Shown: piece after piece, positions 8,352-17,585 of the stretch
Layout: every line of letters starts with the position of its first letter
Position numbering within the stretch: position 1 is the stretch's first letter
Assembly: GCA_035651095.1 (NCBI GenBank)
Contig: DASRGI010000274.1
Span: 1,489 to 65,488 of the forward strand
Length of the DNA stretch: 64,000 nucleotides
Direction of reading: 5' to 3'
Source: Acidimicrobiales bacterium
GTDB taxonomy: Bacteria; Actinomycetota; Acidimicrobiia; Acidimicrobiales; JAUTXP01
The notes under the pieces: generated by a model
Told to the model about the DNA's origin: nothing
What the model saw: the letters and a program-made list of their open reading frames with translations, nothing else
Databases searched by the model: none
Translations under genes and position numbers: made by a program

Positions 8352-10319
8352 CTAGCAGTGCGGGGTCCAGCTGATGCCCTGGTCGCGTGAGCACTGAACA
8401 TCTCCATGTACCAAGGACGTCAACAGGGTGCCATCCGGAAGGACGGCGATCGCTGAGATGACATTGTTCATGGCCCGAATAGCCGCGACATCCTGCCAGC
8501 TCTTCCCGGCGTCGACCGAGCGGTACAAGACGCTCTGCAAGCCCCCGTCAGGCCGAACAATCAACCCCTGCAGGTAGAGCAAGCCGTCGGCAGCCGCTAC
8601 GAGACTCGACGTCGCGACACCCTCCGGGAGAGCAGCGGGCTCGAACGCGAAATTCCCTGGCCGGGATCGGAACAAGGCCCCTGACGTCCACGCGAACACG
8701 CTGCCGGCCGCCCGGCCACCAGGTGCCAGGAGAGACGGTGCGCCCATACCCGAGGGCAACATGACTGCGTTGCCGCACGTATTCGCCGCGCACCGGTACA
8801 CCGCCGACTGCTGCAGCCCCGCGGCGCCGGTTGGCAGCGACGAGCCCACGAACAGGGTGCGATCGATGTCGTAGGCAGAGGAGAAGGCGAAGGTGTAGAC
8901 GGCGGAGCTGTTCCGGGGCGGGGGCGTGAAGGCCAATGGGACGACCGTTCCGATCTGATCGTCGTACTCGGAACCGGGGACATTCGGCAGCAGGATGCGG
9001 GGATCGCCAGAGGAGAACCCGGGCGACATGACGGCCGTGCCCGTACCGGGTGCGACGGGGACGAACGTCTGCCCGTCGTCCACTGAGACCGAGAGACCCG
9101 TTCCATCCGTGGCAAAGATCCGGTGGTCATCCGGATATGCAGGCGGAAGGAGGATCTTGTTTCCTGCGAGGCCGACGGCTGGGAGAACACGCCAACTGGC
9201 CCCGCCGTCAGTGGAACGGAACAAGGACATGCAGGGGTTGGCACACATCGTCTTGCCGTTGCCTGAGGCCACACCGAAGATCGTCCGGCCCCGGCTGGCG
9301 TAGCTCGGCGACGCGGTGAAGCTGAGAAACATGTTGTCGGCCGGGTTGGGCGACGGCGTGCCCGGAACGTGCACAGGCGTCGAGGGCAGCGTCGGGGCAC
9401 TGGACCCTGCGGTTCCCGACGCTGCGCCGGTGGACGAACCCGTTGACGCGTGCCCCGGCCCCGGCGCCGCGGCTTTGGTGACGCCGTTGTCAGCGGCCAG
9501 CCCCGCGCCGGCGCCGCCCACGACGCCTGCAGCCTGCGTGGCCGTCGGTCGGGCCGCGGGCAGGGCGGCGGGGGTGCCCACACCGGTGGGCCCGAACGTC
9601 ACGGCGGCGACGGACAGGGCGACGAGGCTGACCACCCACTCGCCCAGACGGGTGGTCGCCAGGCCGGAGGACCCGAGCTGACTGTGCAGGTCGGCCAGGC
9701 GGTCGGCCAGGCGCAGCCGAACCTTGCGGAAACCCCGCAGCACGACGAGCACGGGCACGCCCCGAGCCATGCTCTCGTACGACTTGCGCAGCGACACCCG
9801 GGCCCGGCGCAGCGAGCCCCGCACCGACTCCACGGTCACGCCTTCGAACCGGGCGATGTCCTCGTACGACCAGCCCTCGATGTCCCGCAGCCCGACAATT
9901 CGCTGGTGGTCGGCCCGGAGCCGCCCGAAGGCGCCCACGGCGATGCGGCACTCGTCGGCCGCCTCGGTGAGCTCGTCGGGGCCGGGCTCGACCTCGGGCT
10001 CCATGATCGCCACCCGGGTGTCACGAGCGGCACTGCGCTCGTCGCGGCGCCAGTAGTCGACGCACAGGCGACGGGCGATGGTGGCCACCCACGGCCAGAA
10101 CGGCCGCGAGGGCGAGTAGCGATCCCACGACGACCAGGCGCGTGAGAACGCCTCCTGCGCGATGTCCTCGGCGTCGTACCCAGGCGGGCAATACCGCCTG
10201 CAGTACGCCACCAGCGGGGCATACGTGCGGGCATACAGTTCAGCAAACGCTGATTCGTCGGTGGTGCCGGCATCTCGGGAGGGCCGGCGTTCGACGAAGA
10301 CTTCTACCGTCGTCGGCAT
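8352..10319 (-). CDS. ECF sigma-70 factor fused to a transmembrane helix and a C-terminal BNR/Asp-box beta-propeller-like domain
   Basis: Sigma region 2 (DAEDIAQEAFSRAWSSWDRY...WPWVATIARRLCVDYWRR) and region 4 (RIVGLRDIEGWSYEDIARFEGVTVESVRGSLRRARVSL). These are followed by a hydrophobic helix (EWVVSLVALSVAAVTF), an Ala/Gly/Pro/Ser/Thr linker, and about 350 aa containing four SxDxGxxW/F Asp-boxes (STDGGASW, SVDDGQTF, SVDAGKSW, SRDQGISW). The start is taken at ATG 10319; the ORF is open to 10397. Confidence 0.8.
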   Translation of the reverse strand: MPTTVEVFVERRPSRDAGTTDESAFAELYARTYAPLVAYCRRYCPPGYDAEDIAQEAFSRAWSSWDRYSPSRPFWPWVATIARRLCVDYWRRDERSAARDTRVAIMEPEVEPGPDELTEAADECRIAVGAFGRLRADHQRIVGLRDIEGWSYEDIARFEGVTVESVRGSLRRARVSLRKSYESMARGVPVLVVLRGFRKVRLRLADRLADLHSQLGSSGLATTRLGEWVVSLVALSVAAVTFGPTGVGTPAALPAARPTATQAAGVVGGAGAGLAADNGVTKAAAPGPGHASTGSSTGAASGTAGSSAPTLPSTPVHVPGTPSPNPADNMFLSFTASPSYASRGRTIFGVASGNGKTMCANPCMSLFRSTDGGASWRVLPAVGLAGNKILLPPAYPDDHRIFATDGTGLSVSVDDGQTFVPVAPGTGTAVMSPGFSSGDPRILLPNVPGSEYDDQIGTVVPLAFTPPPRNSSAVYTFAFSSAYDIDRTLFVGSSLPTGAAGLQQSAVYRCAANTCGNAVMLPSGMGAPSLLAPGGRAAGSVFAWTSGALFRSRPGNFAFEPAALPEGVATSSLVAAADGLLYLQGLIVRPDGGLQSVLYRSVDAGKSWQDVAAIRAMNNVISAIAVLPDGTLLTSLVHGDVQCSRDQGISWTPHC

Positions 10320-10427
10320 ATGCGCTGTTCCCCCGGGGTCGCGCTTCGGGCTCTTGGTTCGACGGGCGGAGCGGGGCTTCCTGCTTTTTGGTGACACTTC
10401 GTTTGCGTTCGAACGTAATACACATCA

Positions 10428-12533
10428 GTGGCAGTGTCGCCTTTGACGGGCGACCCGTCCGCGCGCGCGACGTATGTCCGTCCGGCGGATGAGGTCTTGG
10501 CGGACGTTGCTACAGCCGCGTCGCAATTAGGCGATCTGTCGGGATTGCTCAACCGGTTGGCCGACCTGACATTGGAAGCCACCGGGGCCGATCGCGTGTC
10601 GCTCTTCCTGCTCGACCAGGATCAGCGGGCCTTGCGCTTGTGGTCGACCACCGGGCGCCAACCCAGCTCCGAGTTGTGGAACCTGGGCCTCTCCATGCCG
10701 GCCATCACGCTCGACGACGTCCCCGCCCGACGCCAGCTCTTCGCCTACGGCGTCCCCGTCGGCATCCCCGACGCCCGGCGCTCCAACCTCGTGCCCCGGG
10801 AATGGGCCGAGGCCTTCCAGCTCCAGGCCGTGGTCGTGGCGCCCCTGCGGTGCGGCAACGACAACCTCGGCTTGCTGGCCGTCGACTACCGCAGCCATCG
10901 CGACTTCACCCCCGAGCTCATCCGGCTCATCGCCACCATCGCCGGCTCCTGCGCGCTGGCCGTGGGTCACGCCTGGCTGTCGTCCGCCCTGAGCGAGCGC
11001 AACGCCAACCTGAAGAGCCTGCTCGACGCCAGCCGGGCCCTGTCCTCGCCCGCGTCCCTGGACGACGTGGCCGAGCAGGTGGCCGAGGCCATCATCCGGG
11101 TGTTCCACGCCCAGTACCTCTCGGTCCACCTGCTGGACGAGCGCCGCACGAGGTACCGCACCCTGGTCCAGCGCAACATCCGCTTCCCCGCCGAGGGCTC
11201 GCTGGCCGACCTGCCCCGCCCGGCGCTGTGCTCGGTGGTCGAGGCCTGGCAGGACGCCACCAATCGCGAGCCGGTGTTCCTCGCCACCCCCGACGCCCCC
11301 CTCGATGCCGGCCACGAGGCGGGCGCCGCCCTCGTGCTCCCGCTGGTGCGCCCGTCCAACGACGTGTTCGGCTTCCTCGTCCTGGGCCTGCCGGGCGACG
11401 ACCAGCCCAACCCCACCACGGTCGACCTGGCCACGGCCCTGGCCTCCCACGTCGCCTTCGCCGTCGAGCGGGTGCGCCTGGACGAGCAGATGGCCTTGGG
11501 CGCCGAGTTCGCCCGCACCGTCCTCGACCTCTACGAGTTCGACGCCGACGACCCCCAGGGCCTGCTCGCGGGCCTGCGCCGGGCCGTACCCCCGACCCTC
11601 GGCTTCCGTGTCCACGGGCTGCGGCTGGCTCCCGAGCTGGGCGATCTGCGGGTGGCGACGTCACCGCCGGCCGAGGCCCGCCAGATCTGGAAGCAGTGGC
11701 GCCGGCGCAAGACCCGGCCCGAGGTCCACCAGGTGGGTCGGGACGTGTACGCCCCGGTGTGGCGGGATGGCCGGGTGGTGGGCATGGTGCTGGCCCACTC
11801 GCTGCGCGACGACCTGGCCCAGCACGAGCGGGAGCTGCTCGAGGCCCTGGCCGCCGCCCTGGGCCACGCCATCGACCGGGTGCGCATGCGGGCGGCCGTG
11901 CGCAGCCGCGAGCGGGAACTGGCCCTGGCCGAGGAGCGGGCCCACGTGGCCCAGGGCCTCCAGGCCACCGTCGGCCACATGCTCCAGGCCATCGAGATCT
12001 GCGGGAGGGACGTGGCCGAGGCCCTGCGGGGGCGGGAGCTGGGCCAACGGGCGGGCAGCATCGTGGCCCTCGCCCACACCGCCCTGGCCGAGCTGCACGA
12101 CACGGCCCGGGCCCTGCCCGCCCTGGCCTACGACCGGGGAGGCCTGGAGGCGACCCTGACCGAGGTCGTGGGCGAGCTGAGCGGCCACCTCGACGCGGCC
12201 GCCGACTTCGAGGTGCGTGGTGAGCCCCGGGCCCTATCGCTGGAGGTCGAGCAGTCGCTCATCCGCATGGTGCACGAGACCCTCTCTCGGGTGGAGCGCC
12301 ACGGCCGGGCCAGCGCCATCGCCGTGCGGCTCGAGTTCCGGCCCGGCGAGGTGGAGCTGGTGATCAGGGACGACGGCACCGACCTGGCCACCCGCGAGCA
12401 GGGCCAGGGCGGCCTGGCCGCCCACTTCGGCCTGCGGTTGGTGCAACGCCGGTTGGAAGCACTCGGCGGCAAGCTGCTGATCGACCGCCCCTCACCGAGG
12501 GGCCTCGAACTGCGGGCGAGGGTGCCGGCTTGA
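10428..12533 (+). CDS. Multi-GAF sensor protein with degenerate HisKA_3/HATPase_c module (probable pseudokinase)
   Basis: GTG start at 10428. The N-terminal ~480 aa have repeated GAF-like segments (ADRVSLFLLD..., LGLLAVDY..., FGFLVLGL...). The C-terminus aligns to a NarX/DesK-type dimerisation-plus-ATPase module, but the H-box reads ERAHVAQGLQATVGHML rather than the expected ERxRIARELHDxVGQxL. The N-box reads ETLSRVERHG rather than the expected E.L.N..KHA. Confidence 0.8.
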   Translation: MAVSPLTGDPSARATYVRPADEVLADVATAASQLGDLSGLLNRLADLTLEATGADRVSLFLLDQDQRALRLWSTTGRQPSSELWNLGLSMPAITLDDVPARRQLFAYGVPVGIPDARRSNLVPREWAEAFQLQAVVVAPLRCGNDNLGLLAVDYRSHRDFTPELIRLIATIAGSCALAVGHAWLSSALSERNANLKSLLDASRALSSPASLDDVAEQVAEAIIRVFHAQYLSVHLLDERRTRYRTLVQRNIRFPAEGSLADLPRPALCSVVEAWQDATNREPVFLATPDAPLDAGHEAGAALVLPLVRPSNDVFGFLVLGLPGDDQPNPTTVDLATALASHVAFAVERVRLDEQMALGAEFARTVLDLYEFDADDPQGLLAGLRRAVPPTLGFRVHGLRLAPELGDLRVATSPPAEARQIWKQWRRRKTRPEVHQVGRDVYAPVWRDGRVVGMVLAHSLRDDLAQHERELLEALAAALGHAIDRVRMRAAVRSRERELALAEERAHVAQGLQATVGHMLQAIEICGRDVAEALRGRELGQRAGSIVALAHTALAELHDTARALPALAYDRGGLEATLTEVVGELSGHLDAAADFEVRGEPRALSLEVEQSLIRMVHETLSRVERHGRASAIAVRLEFRPGEVELVIRDDGTDLATREQGQGGLAAHFGLRLVQRRLEALGGKLLIDRPSPRGLELRARVPA

Positions 12534-12733
12534 TGCCACTGTTTCGCGACCGGAACCCTGCGGGCCACGACCTCATCCGCATGGTCCTCGACGACGAGAC
12601 CGTCGAGCAGCTCCGCGCCGCCGCATTCGAGCGGGGGATCGAGCTGGAGGACCTGATGGGCCGGCTCCTGACCGCGGCCGCCAGTCGCATCGACGAACTC
12701 GTCGGCGAGGCCGAGAAGGTCGACCCCCACTAG
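12530..12733 (+). CDS. Small ribbon-helix-helix-like protein, translationally coupled to the GAF pseudokinase
   Basis: ATG 12530 overlaps the upstream stop (ATGA at 12530-12533). 67 aa. IRMVLDDETVEQLRAAAFERGIELEDLMGRLL has the strand-helix-helix pattern of CopG/Arc-type RHH proteins. Confidence 0.5.
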   Translation: MMPLFRDRNPAGHDLIRMVLDDETVEQLRAAAFERGIELEDLMGRLLTAAASRIDELVGEAEKVDPH

Positions 12734-12932
12734 CGGGCTCGCTACACGAAGGTGAAACCGTCGGCGGCGAGCCCGCCGATCGGATGACCGGTGCGCGACG
12801 TCAACTGCCTCGCCGAGCCCGCCATCGTGGCCCCGTTGTAGCCGCCGGGCGGCCAAACCAAACCTGGCCGTTAGGGGGTCGCATCGACCGGGTAGCCGCG
12901 GGGATGCTCATGCCACGCGGAGGACACGACCA

Positions 12933-13217
12933 ATGGGAAACGACCCGGACCGCGACCCGTCGCTCACCGGCGCGCGGCGCGACATCGTGGGCGAGAGTGA
13001 GAGCCTGGTGGAGCAGCACGTCACGGAGCACGCGGAGCTGAAGTGGCTGCTGGCCCAGGTGGACGGCACGCCCGCGTCCACCTCCTCGGCCTTCAAGATC
13101 TTCATGAACGAAAAGCGCATGGTGCAGGACCACGTGGAGCACGAGGAGAGCGGCCAACGCGGGGCGTCGTTGATCGACCGCCGGCGCGATGTCATCTCCC
13201 ACCCCCCGCAGCGTTAG
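12933..13217 (+). CDS. Hypothetical protein (94 aa)
   Basis: The frame has very high GC3 when read codon by codon. No family was recognised. The competing antisense ORF 12801..13247 looks like a shadow ORF. Confidence 0.45.
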   Translation: MGNDPDRDPSLTGARRDIVGESESLVEQHVTEHAELKWLLAQVDGTPASTSSAFKIFMNEKRMVQDHVEHEESGQRGASLIDRRRDVISHPPQR

Positions 13218-13869
13218 GGCAGTCCACACGTTCGCCGACCGGGTCACCGCGGGCCGGGCGCTGGGGGCCGCCCTCCTCGACTACCAGGGGCCGGGCACGG
13301 TGGTGCTGGGCCTGCCCCGGGGTGGCGTGCCGGTGGCCGCCGAGGTGGCCGACGCCCTGGGCGCACCCCTCGACGTGTTCGTCGTGCGCAAGCTCGGCGT
13401 GCCCGGGCACGAGGAGCTGGCCATGGGCGCCATCGCCTCGGGTGGGGTGGTGGTCCTGAACGAGGAAGTGATGGCGTCGCTCGGCATCGACCAGGCCACC
13501 CTCGAGGCCGTCATCGACCGGGAGCGGGGCGAGCTGGCCCGGCGCGAGCGCGCCTACCGCGGTGACCGGCCGCCGCTCGCGCTCGCCGGTCGCACCGTGG
13601 TGCTCGTCGACGACGGGCTGGCCACCGGCGCCAGCATGCGCGCCGCGGTGGAGGCCGTCCGCCGAGCCGGGCCCGATCTGGTGGTGGCCGCCGTCCCCGT
13701 GGGTGCGGCCGCCACGTGCGTCGCTCTGAGCCGGGTCGCCGACCGGGTCGTCTGTCTGGTCACTCCCGAGCCCTTCAACGCCGTCGGCGCCTTCTACGCC
13801 GACTTCTCGCAGACGACGGAGCAGGAGGTACGGACCGTCCTGGACCGATTGGGACAGCCTCTCAACTGA
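13189..13869 (+). CDS. Phosphoribosyltransferase family protein
   Basis: FADRVTAGRALG...VVLGLPRGGVPVAAEVADALGAPLDVFVVRKLG plus the PRPP-binding loop VVLVDDGLATGASMRAA. Confidence 0.8.
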   Translation: MSSPTPRSVRAVHTFADRVTAGRALGAALLDYQGPGTVVLGLPRGGVPVAAEVADALGAPLDVFVVRKLGVPGHEELAMGAIASGGVVVLNEEVMASLGIDQATLEAVIDRERGELARRERAYRGDRPPLALAGRTVVLVDDGLATGASMRAAVEAVRRAGPDLVVAAVPVGAAATCVALSRVADRVVCLVTPEPFNAVGAFYADFSQTTEQEVRTVLDRLGQPLN

Positions 13870-13904
13870 CCCTCATCTTCGTGGCCTAGGGTGCGCAGCC
13901 GCCC

Positions 13905-14690
13905 ATGGACACACAACCCACTCGACGCCGCTTCCTGCTGGGTGCCGGCGCCGCGGCCACGGCCTTCGTCGCCGCCTGCCGCCAGGCGCAGCACCACGCC
14001 CAGGGCGCGACCGCCAGCCCGGCCGCCGCCCCCAGCCCGCGCCCCCCCACCTCCACGACCACCGCCCCCACGCCGAGCGGACCCGCCCGCTTCGTGAAGT
14101 CGGGACCGGCCGCCTCGGGCGCGGTCGCCCTCACCTTCCACGGCTCCGGCGACCTGGCCCTCACCCAGTCCCTGCTTGACAAGGCCCGAGCCCTGTCCGT
14201 CCCCATCACGATCTTCGCGGTGGGCAACTGGCTGGATGCCAACCCCGACATGGCCGGTCGCATCCTGGCCGATGGTCGCAACGAGCTGGCCAACCACACC
14301 TACACCCATCCGGCACTGGGCACGGTGGCCCGGGCGGGCGTGGCCACCGAGATCACCAAGTGCCGCGACGCCCTGTCCCGCCACGCCCGCACGCCGGGGG
14401 CCTGGTTCCGCCCGTCCGGGATCGACACGCCCACCGAGGTCATCCTCGAGGAAGCGGGCCGGGCCGGCTACCCCACGGTGGTGGGATACGACGTGGACCC
14501 CCTCGACTACCAGGACCCGGGCGCGTCGGCCGTGGCCGCGCGGGTGAAGGCCAAGCTCCACGGGGGCGCGGTGATCAGCCTCCACACCGGGCACGCGGGG
14601 ACGGTTCAGGCCTTCGAGCCCATCGTCAGCTCCATCAAGGCCGCCGGGCTGCGACCGGTGACCGTCGGCGAGCTGCTGGGGGCCCGGTGA
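13905..14690 (+). CDS. Polysaccharide deacetylase (NodB homology) family lipoprotein with Tat-like signal
   Basis: Twin-arginine signal TRRRFLLGAGAAATAFVAAC. NodB-like motifs ALTFHGSGD, NHTYTHP and ISLHTGH. Confidence 0.8.
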   Translation: MDTQPTRRRFLLGAGAAATAFVAACRQAQHHAQGATASPAAAPSPRPPTSTTTAPTPSGPARFVKSGPAASGAVALTFHGSGDLALTQSLLDKARALSVPITIFAVGNWLDANPDMAGRILADGRNELANHTYTHPALGTVARAGVATEITKCRDALSRHARTPGAWFRPSGIDTPTEVILEEAGRAGYPTVVGYDVDPLDYQDPGASAVAARVKAKLHGGAVISLHTGHAGTVQAFEPIVSSIKAAGLRPVTVGELLGAR

Positions 14691-15844
14691 AGCGGGCCGG
14701 CGCCGCAGCCGCCGCTCTCGTCATGGCAGGCGGACTGCTGGCCGGTTGCAGCAGCAGCAAGCACGCCTCGCTGAACCGCTCACCCGTCACCCGCAAGGAC
14801 CCGCGGCCCGCCACCGGGTCGACGCTGCCACGCACCGTGGAGACGCTCCCGCCCGCGGGCACCAACGTGTACGCCCACACCCTGTCGGCCAAGGATCTGT
14901 CGCCCGCGGTGGCGGGCGTGCCCTCGCGCGTGTATGTGCCCAACAGCGAGAGCAACGCGGTCGACGTCATCGACCCCGAGACGATGACCATCATCGACCA
15001 CTTCCCCACGCAACGGGAGCCCCAGCACGTGACCCCCTCGTGGGACATGAAGACGCTGTACGTCGACAACGACCTGGGCAACACCCTCATACCGATCGAT
15101 CCCATGACCGGCAAGCCGGGCCCGCCCATTCCCGTGGACGACCCGTACAACCTGTATTTCACCCAGGACGGCAGCAAGGCCATCGTGGTGGCCGAGCGGT
15201 TCCGGCGGCTCGACTTTCGCGACCCGCACACATGGAAGCTGCTGAAGACGGTGCCCGTGCCGTGCAGCGGCGTGGACCACGGCGATCCCACGGCCGACGG
15301 CAAGGAGATGCTGCTGTCGTGCGAGTTCTCGGGCGACATGGTGCGCGTCGACGTGGTGAACATGGAACTGATCGGCATGATCCACGTGGGGGGCCAGCCC
15401 ATCGACGTGAAGCTGGCGCCCGACGGCACCAAGTTCTACGTGGCCAACCAGCAGCGCAACGGGGTCTCGGTCATCGACGCCAGCCGGTACGTGGAGACCG
15501 ACTTCATCCCCACCGGGAAGGGCGCCCACGGGCTGTATCCCAGCCGTGACGCCACCAAGCTGTACGTGTCCAACCGGACGGGTGGGTCCGTCTCGGTGAT
15601 CGACCTGGCCACCGACAAGGTGCTCACCACCTGGCACATCGGCGGCAGCCCGGACATGGGCGGGGTGTCCACGGACGGCACCCGCCTGTGGCTGACCGGC
15701 CGCTACAACCGAGCCGTCTACGTGATCGACACGGCCACGGGACAGGTCATCAAGACCATCACCGTGGGCAAGGGTGCCCACGGCTTGTGCATCTTCCCCC
15801 AGCCGGGCCGTTTCAGCCTCGGGCACACGGGCGTCTTCCGCTAA
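14687..15844 (+). CDS. YVTN-family beta-propeller repeat lipoprotein (YncE-like)
   Basis: GTG 14687 overlaps the upstream stop as GTGA. Lipobox LLAGCSS. Repeats of the type YVPNSESNAVDVID, LYVDNDLGNTLIPID, FYVANQQRNGVSVID, LYVSNRTGGSVSVID, LWLTGRYNRAVYVID. Confidence 0.8.
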   Translation: MKRAGAAAAALVMAGGLLAGCSSSKHASLNRSPVTRKDPRPATGSTLPRTVETLPPAGTNVYAHTLSAKDLSPAVAGVPSRVYVPNSESNAVDVIDPETMTIIDHFPTQREPQHVTPSWDMKTLYVDNDLGNTLIPIDPMTGKPGPPIPVDDPYNLYFTQDGSKAIVVAERFRRLDFRDPHTWKLLKTVPVPCSGVDHGDPTADGKEMLLSCEFSGDMVRVDVVNMELIGMIHVGGQPIDVKLAPDGTKFYVANQQRNGVSVIDASRYVETDFIPTGKGAHGLYPSRDATKLYVSNRTGGSVSVIDLATDKVLTTWHIGGSPDMGGVSTDGTRLWLTGRYNRAVYVIDTATGQVIKTITVGKGAHGLCIFPQPGRFSLGHTGVFR

Positions 15845-15884
15845 CTTCCGGCAGCTTCGCTTCCCGCGTTTTCAGTATCCAGCT

Positions 15885-17390
15885 CTAGAGGGTGATGTTC
15901 GGGTAGAGCGGGAACGCGGCCAGCAGGTCGGCCGCTCGCTTGCTGGCCGCCGTCACCGTGTCGTCCGCCACCCGGAACTGGGCGAGCGAGGGCTTGCCGT
16001 CCTTGGTGGTGGCGGGCTCGGTGGCCCGGAGCACCTCGTCGATGGTGCCGGCCAGCTCGTCCATCTCACCGGGGCCCATGCCCAGCGTGGTGACCGCCGG
16101 CGTGCCCAGGCGCACACCGCTGGTGTACCAGGCTCCGTTGGGGTCGTTGGGGAGCACGTTGCGGTTCACGGTGATGCCGGCCGACCGGAGGGCGGCTTCG
16201 GCCTGGCGGCCGGTGAGGCCGTACGGGCGCACGTCGAGGAGCACGAGGTGGTTGTCGGTGCCGCCCGTCCCCAGCGTCGCGCTCCGGCGCAGCAGGCCCT
16301 CAGCGAGGGCACTGGCGTTCTCGACGATGCGCTGGGCGTACGTGCGGAAGTCGGGCGACGAGGCCTCGGTGAGGGCCACGGCCTTGGCCGCCATGATGTG
16401 GGCCAGCGGGCCGCCGAGCACGAGGGGGCACCCCCGCTCGACGTACTCGGTGAAGTCCTGGTCGCAAAGCACCATGCCGCCGCGGGGGCCGCGCAGCGTC
16501 TTGTGGGTGGTGGTGGTGACGACATGGGCGTGGGGCACCGGGTCGAAGTCGCCGGTGAAGACCCTGCCTGCAACGAGCCCCGCGAAGTGGGCCATGTCCA
16601 CCATGAAGGTGGCGCCCACCTCGTCGGCGATCTCCCGGAAGATGCGGAAGTTGATCTTGCGCGGATACGAGCTGTACCCGGCGACCAGCACCAGCGGGCG
16701 TTCCCGCTTGGCCTGCTCCCGCACCTGGTCGTAGTCGAGCAGGCCCGTGGCCGGGTCGACCGTGTAGGACGAGTAGCGGAAGAGCTTGCCCGAGATGTTG
16801 GGCCGGAAGCCGTGGGTGAGATGGCCACCGGCGTCGAGGGCCATGCCCATCATCTTCTGGTCGCCCAGGTCCCGGCGGAGGGACTCCCAGTCCTCGGGGG
16901 TGAGGCTGTTGAGGTCCTTGGCCCGGAGGCGCTCGAGGGCCGGGCGCTCCACCCGCTGCGAGAGGATGGCCCAGAAGGCGACCAAGTTGGCGTCGATGCC
17001 CGAGTGGGGCTGGACGTAGGCGTAGTCGGCACCGAACAGGTCGGCCGCCAGAGTGGCGGCCCGGGTCTCGATCTCGTCGACGTTGTCGCACCCAGCGTAG
17101 AAGCGGTGGCCGGGGGCGCCCTCGGCGTACTTGTCCGACAGCCAGTTGCCCATGGCCAGGAGGACCTGGGGCGAAGCGAAGTTCTCGGAAGCGATGAGCT
17201 TGACGTGGGCCCGCTGGTCGGCCAGCTCCCGGGCGATGGTCTGGCTCACCTCGGGGCTGGTGGTGGCCACCGCGTCCAGGGCGGCAGCGAAGGCCAACCC
17301 GGCCCGGTCGACGTCGGCGAGGGCACCGGCGAGGGCAGTCGCGTCGGCGCCGGCAGCGTGGAGGAAGCGATCGAGGTAGGAGTCGGCCAC
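15885..17390 (-). CDS. glyA: Serine hydroxymethyltransferase
   Basis: [13 protein letters not shown]..., GHLTHG, and the PLP-lysine context [17 protein letters not shown] start at 17390. At 501 aa it is longer than most GlyA proteins, with N- and C-terminal extensions. Confidence 0.95.
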   Translation of the reverse strand: MADSYLDRFLHAAGADATALAGALADVDRAGLAFAAALDAVATTSPEVSQTIARELADQRAHVKLIASENFASPQVLLAMGNWLSDKYAEGAPGHRFYAGCDNVDEIETRAATLAADLFGADYAYVQPHSGIDANLVAFWAILSQRVERPALERLRAKDLNSLTPEDWESLRRDLGDQKMMGMALDAGGHLTHGFRPNISGKLFRYSSYTVDPATGLLDYDQVREQAKRERPLVLVAGYSSYPRKINFRIFREIADEVGATFMVDMAHFAGLVAGRVFTGDFDPVPHAHVVTTTTHKTLRGPRGGMVLCDQDFTEYVERGCPLVLGGPLAHIMAAKAVALTEASSPDFRTYAQRIVENASALAEGLLRRSATLGTGGTDNHLVLLDVRPYGLTGRQAEAALRSAGITVNRNVLPNDPNGAWYTSGVRLGTPAVTTLGMGPGEMDELAGTIDEVLRATEPATTKDGKPSLAQFRVADDTVTAASKRAADLLAAFPLYPNITL

Positions 17391-17425
17391 CCCCCGAGCC
17401 TACCGGCCACGCCGAGCTGCCCCGC

Positions 17426-17477
17426 CGTTCTCGTGAAACTCGACTGCAGGTATTCGCGACTCAGTTGCACGAGAACG
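17426..17477. repeat. Palindromic element, divergent member of the TTCTCGT...ACGAGAACG hairpin family
   Basis: CGTTCTCGTG (17426-17435) pairs with CACGAGAACG (17468-17477) around a 32-nt interior. It shares its terminal 9-10 nt with the elements at 25868 and 41288, and lies 36-88 nt upstream of the glyA start. Confidence 0.5.
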
Positions 17478-17497
17478 AGTGCGGGGTGGGACGCGGC

Positions 17498-17524
17498 GAA
17501 GCGGGCGGCAGAGCCGCCCGCTTC
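17498..17524 (-). terminator. GC-rich stem-loop downstream of the Ig-like repeat protein gene (putative intrinsic terminator without a U-tract)
   Basis: GAAGCGGGCGGC-AGA-GCCGCCCGCTTC forms a perfect 12-bp stem with a 3-nt loop, 62 nt after the stop at 17586. There is no T-run, which is common in high-GC actinobacteria. Confidence 0.45.
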
Positions 17525-17585
17525 CGCATCCGGGGAGTTGAGACCGGTGGCCCCCGCTACCGGTCCCTGCCCCTTCCCCCGGCCT

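Noticed and set aside
17391-17585. Possible ZTP (pfl) or folate-type riboswitch in the 195-nt glyA leader.
   Set aside because: I reverse-complemented the region and could not find the ZTP hallmarks (GGGUCGUGACUGGCG... and the CCGCCUGGGCA pseudoknot partner) or any other riboswitch core I know. The structures present are a plain 12-bp stem-loop and the TTCTCGT palindrome. An Infernal/Rfam scan would settle it.
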